Part shown: in pieces, positions 58,788 to 64,000 of the stretch
Layout of the letters: each line of letters begins with the position of its first letter
Numbering within the stretch: position 1 is the first letter of the stretch
Origin: an uncultured delta proteobacterium
GTDB taxonomy: Bacteria; Myxococcota_A; Polyangia; Polyangiales; Polyangiaceae
Length of the DNA stretch: 64,000 nucleotides
Assembly (NCBI GenBank): GCA_963841435.1
Contig: CAWJCS010000005.1
Span: forward strand, 544,001-608,000
Direction of reading: 5' to 3'
Translations under genes and position numbers: made by a program
Notes under the pieces: generated by a model
The model's input: the letters and a program-made list of their open reading frames with translations, nothing else
Database searches by the model: none
What the model was told of the DNA's origin: nothing

Positions 58788-58875
58788 TCCATGCTTTCGT
58801 TTGTCCCGCGCAAGGAAGACTGAATTTTCTTGCTGAGCGTACTACCGCTCCCAGGGACACGGTGACGAAGACCCA

Positions 58876-60537
<1,662 letters not shown>

Positions 60538-60626
60538 CGCCGACGCGCCGCGGCTGCGGGGCCCGGCGGCCGCCGATCAACGTCTGCTCCTGCCCAAGAC
60601 TGGCGGAGTAGTACTAGGCTCGCGGC

Positions 60627-62021
60627 ATGCGCGACACGGCGCGCCTGAGCGCATCGATTCCCGGGGAGGTGCGGGAGCTCGCCGAGCGACTCCACGAGGC
60701 AGGCCACCGCGCGTGGATCGTGGGCGGCTGCGTGCGCGACGAGCTGCTCGCCGAGCTCCGGGGCACCCCGAGGACGGTAGCGAGCGACTGGGACGTCGCG
60801 ACGGACGCTCGGCCCGAAGCCGTGATGCGGCTGTTTCGTCGTGTGATCCCCACGGGGCTGCAACACGGGACCGTGACGGTGCTGCTCGGCCAAAACACCT
60901 ACGAGGTCACGACCCTGCGTGGCGAGACCAGCTACAGCGACGGGCGTCGACCGGACGCGGTCTATTTCGTCGACGACATCAAGGACGATCTTTCACGACG
61001 CGACTTCACGATCAACGCCATCGCGTACGACCCACTCGCCGATCGCCTCATCGATCCATTCGACGGCCTCGGCGATCTCGAACGCCACGTGCTCCGAGCC
61101 GTCGGTGACCCGGCCGCTCGCTTCGCCGAGGACGGCCTGCGCGTGCTCCGGGCCGCCCGCTTCGTCGCGACGCTCGGCGTCGAGCTCGACCCCGAAACCG
61201 AACGCGCGATCGAGCCGTCGCTCGACAGCTATCGGAAGGTGAGCGCCGAGCGCATCCGCGACGAGTGGCTAAAGACGATGAGGGCGCCCGCACCGAGCCG
61301 CGCTTTTCGCGTCATGCAGACACACGGCCTGCTCGCCATCACGGCGCCCGAGCTCATCGAATCGGTCGATTGCGAACAGAACCGCTTCCACGCCTACGAC
61401 GTGTGGAACCACGCGCTCGCCTGCCTCGACGCCTGCCCGGCCGACGCCGTGCTGCGCGTGGCGGGCCTGCTGCACGACATCGGCAAGCCGCGCTCACGCG
61501 CCTTCAGCGAGAAGAACCAAGACTATACGTTTTACGACCACGATCGCATCGGGGCCGAGCTCGCGGACCCGCTGCTATCGCGCTTGCGCTTCTCGAACGA
61601 CGAGCGCGCCCGCATCGTGGCGCTCGTTCGTCACCACATCCTCTGCTACGACGAGACCTGGTCGGATGCCGCCGTACGACGCTGGCTCAGGCGCGTCACG
61701 CCGGAGCTTGCGCCCGCGCTCTACGTGCTCGGTCGCGCCGACGTGCTGGCCAAGGGCCGCGACGCCCCGCAAGACCTCGAGCGTCTCGTCGCGCTCGAGG
61801 AGCACGCGAAGCGCGTGCTCGAAGCGGGCACCGCTCTCGCCGTACGCGACCTCGCGATCGACGGCCATGCCCTCATGGGCGAGCTCGGCCTCGCACCCGG
61901 CCGCGTGCTCGGTGACCTCTTGAAGGCACTTCTCGACGCCGTCATCGAGGGCAAGGTCGAAAACGAGCGCGAGGCCCTGATCGCGCACGCGAAAATGCTC
62001 CTGTCCGAGCGAAAAATCTGA
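60627..62021 (+). CDS. cca: tRNA nucleotidyltransferase (CCA- or A-adding type) with an HD domain
   Basis: VGGCVRD, DWDVAT, DLSRRDFTINA, EDGLRVLRAARF, SAERI and LLHDIGKP. Confidence 0.88.
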   Translation: MRDTARLSASIPGEVRELAERLHEAGHRAWIVGGCVRDELLAELRGTPRTVASDWDVATDARPEAVMRLFRRVIPTGLQHGTVTVLLGQNTYEVTTLRGETSYSDGRRPDAVYFVDDIKDDLSRRDFTINAIAYDPLADRLIDPFDGLGDLERHVLRAVGDPAARFAEDGLRVLRAARFVATLGVELDPETERAIEPSLDSYRKVSAERIRDEWLKTMRAPAPSRAFRVMQTHGLLAITAPELIESVDCEQNRFHAYDVWNHALACLDACPADAVLRVAGLLHDIGKPRSRAFSEKNQDYTFYDHDRIGAELADPLLSRLRFSNDERARIVALVRHHILCYDETWSDAAVRRWLRRVTPELAPALYVLGRADVLAKGRDAPQDLERLVALEEHAKRVLEAGTALAVRDLAIDGHALMGELGLAPGRVLGDLLKALLDAVIEGKVENEREALIAHAKMLLSERKI

Positions 62022-62072
62022 CCACATCTGCCCACACATCGGCGCCACTGAAACCGGCTTTCCCCGCACATT

Positions 62073-63255
62073 CCTTGCGGCGTCAACGGCGTCTGCAACT
62101 CCGATCGCTCCACCTCGTCGGTGATCGTGCCGCGCGGCGCCTATCACCTCACGAGCACTCGCCCCGTCGCGGCGTACCAGTTCAATCCCCTCGAATTTCA
62201 GGCCCAGGGCGGGCTCCCGGCAAGGTGTGGAGCTGCGATCCGAACGCCATCTGCACCTGCAACACCTACGCGAACGACGCGTCGCTGCTGTTGCCGAAGA
62301 ATGCTCTCACGCCGAACTACTTCGCGTTCGCCGTCCGCGACTCGGGGGCGAGCTCGAAACCCTCGTACGTCGCCGTCACGGCCATCGAGGACGGCACGGA
62401 GGTCGTCGTCAAAGTCGGCCCCACCGGCACGATCCAGGCCGGACCGCCCGGCTCGACGCTCGTCGAGGCGGGGCCGGGCACGGTGTTCACGCTCGCCATG
62501 AACGCGCTCGACGTCGTCGAGCTCATGGCGGTGCCGGGCACGGACTGAGCGGCACGCAGGTCCAGTCAACCAGCGACAAGCCGCTCCAGGTGATGAGCGG
62601 CAACCCGGCGGCGTACGTGCCGGATTCGAGCACGCCGTCCGCCGACCACCTCGAGGAGATCGTCTTCCCGGCCGAAGCCGTCGGGCACGACTACGTCGTC
62701 ACGGTGCCGACGGGCCCCCACGGCGCACCGGTGGAGCACGTCGTGCGCCTGTTCGGCCACGCGGCGGCGAGCGCGCTCAGCTACTACCCCGCAAAGCCCG
62801 TCGGAGCCCCGGACAGTATCGCACCCGGCGCCGTCGCGGAGTTTCGCGTCGCCGATCCCCGCGACAGCACGGGTGACCCATCGCAGAGCCTCACGACGGG
62901 CAGCGCCCAGTTCCGCGAGCGCTACGTGTTCCTCGCGCTGCCCGACTACCCGAAGAGCTACGTCAACATCGTGGCGTTCGCCGGCACGGTCGTGAGGCTC
63001 GACGGAGCGACCCTCGACGCTGCTTCGGCGACGACGCTCCTGGGGCGCGCCGCCGACGGTATGACGCCCCAGGCGCACGAAATCTACCGCGAGGAGCTCG
63101 CAGCGGCGCGCGCCGGCCAGCACGAGCTTTCGGCGACCGAGCCGGTCGGCATCCAGGTCGTCGGCTACGGGCGCTTCACGAGCTACCAGTATCCGGGCGG
63201 GCTCAACTTGAATCTCGTGAGCGACCCGCCCCCGCTACCGCCCGTGCCGAAATGA
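62073..63255 (+). pseudogene. 5'-truncated, frameshifted IgGFc-binding-domain protein
   Basis: Three frames join into AYHLTSTRPVAAYQFNPL / NDASLLLP / DHLEE.V.P..A.G..Y / GDPS / VVGYG...SYQYPGG. Shifts lie near 62214 and 62545. An in-frame stop at 62049-62051 leaves no signal peptide or N-terminal region. Confidence 0.75.
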
Positions 63256-63280
63256 GCGTCTCGGCGGCGACCGCCGCCGC

Positions 63281-64000
63281 TCAGGGCAAGAGTGGCTCGA
63301 TCGCCTGGTACCAGACAGCGGCCATGCGCGCGTAGCCCTGCGTGTTCGGGTGGACCCCGTCGGCGAGCTCCGACGTGGGAAACCCGGTGTTCTGGTCGAT
63401 CAAGACGACGTGCTTGCCCTCCTGAGCACGCATCGAAACGACGCCGGGCAGGGCGTCGTTGTAGGTCTTGATTTGTGTGGTGTTCGAGCTCATCGGCGTG
63501 AGCTTCGCGACGACGACGAGAGCGTCCGGTGCGGCGCTGACGATCATATCGAGCAGGGTGCCGAGCCGCGTGGGCGCCTGCGCCAGATTGTCGTTCTGGT
63601 TGATGTCGTTGGTGCCGATCATGAGCAGGACGATGTGCGGCTTCGTGTTGAACGCGGGAGTCGGGGTCAGATCGAACAGCTGCGCGATCTTCCAACCGCT
63701 GTGACCCTCGTGACGCTGGGGGAACATCACGCCGTCGACCATCGTGGGGCCGTTCATCTGCGAGCCGACGAACGTGATCGCGTGGCCGTCGGCGTGGGCG
63801 CTGCGAAAAAGCTCGATGCGGTAGCCGCCCGCGATGTTGTAGCCGTCGGTGATCGAGTCGCCGAACGGCAGGATGATACAATCGCCGGTCATCGGGCAGG
63901 GCTGGTACCCGCCCGCACCGCCCATCCCCCCCGTGCCGGCATTGCCGCCCATGCCGCCACCGGCCGCCCCACCCGCTCCCGCTCCGCCCTGGGCCAGCCG
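63281..64000 (-). CDS. SGNH/GDSL hydrolase with a Gly-rich linker (partial; 5' end outside the window)
   Basis: Blocks GDSIT, EGHSG, GTND and DGVHP; the frame is open to the window edge. Confidence 0.9.
   Translation of the reverse strand, partial: RLAQGGAGAGGAAGGGMGGNAGTGGMGGAGGYQPCPMTGDCIILPFGDSITDGYNIAGGYRIELFRSAHADGHAITFVGSQMNGPTMVDGVMFPQRHEGHSGWKIAQLFDLTPTPAFNTKPHIVLLMIGTNDINQNDNLAQAPTRLGTLLDMIVSAAPDALVVVAKLTPMSSNTTQIKTYNDALPGVVSMRAQEGKHVVLIDQNTGFPTSELADGVHPNTQGYARMAAVWYQAIEPLLP

Overview
High-GC (about 70% by eye), gene-dense chromosomal segment. Gly-rich lipoproteins, a DUF1592/DUF1552 pair, Hanks kinases and an IgGFc-binding remnant suggest Myxococcota, probably Polyangiaceae (inference). 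In order it holds: the end of a glycosylation cluster, DAHP synthase, a split opp/dpp ABC cluster with four ATPases, aminotransferase, GH31 and MFS genes, DUF1592/DUF1552, a phosphate locus, an ECF sigma/NrsF/TlpA trio, a catalytically eroded ABC module, lolC/E, a kinase, a CCA-type nucleotidyltransferase, a decayed IgGFc-binding gene and a partial SGNH hydrolase. I saw no rRNA, tRNA, CRISPR array or intact mobile element. Two results stand out. (1) phoB-phoB-phoR-pstCAB (no pstS or phoU here) is divergent from tonB-exbB-exbD-exbD-TBDR-beta-helix lipoprotein, and five intergenic sites carry GTCAY-like half-sites phased at exactly 11 bp (Pho-box-like). This suggests a PhoB-controlled, TonB-energised outer-membrane phosphorus uptake system. 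(2) An OppF ATPase continues through one TM helix into a GspG-like pseudopilin domain that the ORF track misses because of a 1-nt frameshift. Several single-base indels at dinucleotide runs look like sequencing or assembly errors. All family calls come from motif recognition by eye; no searches were run.
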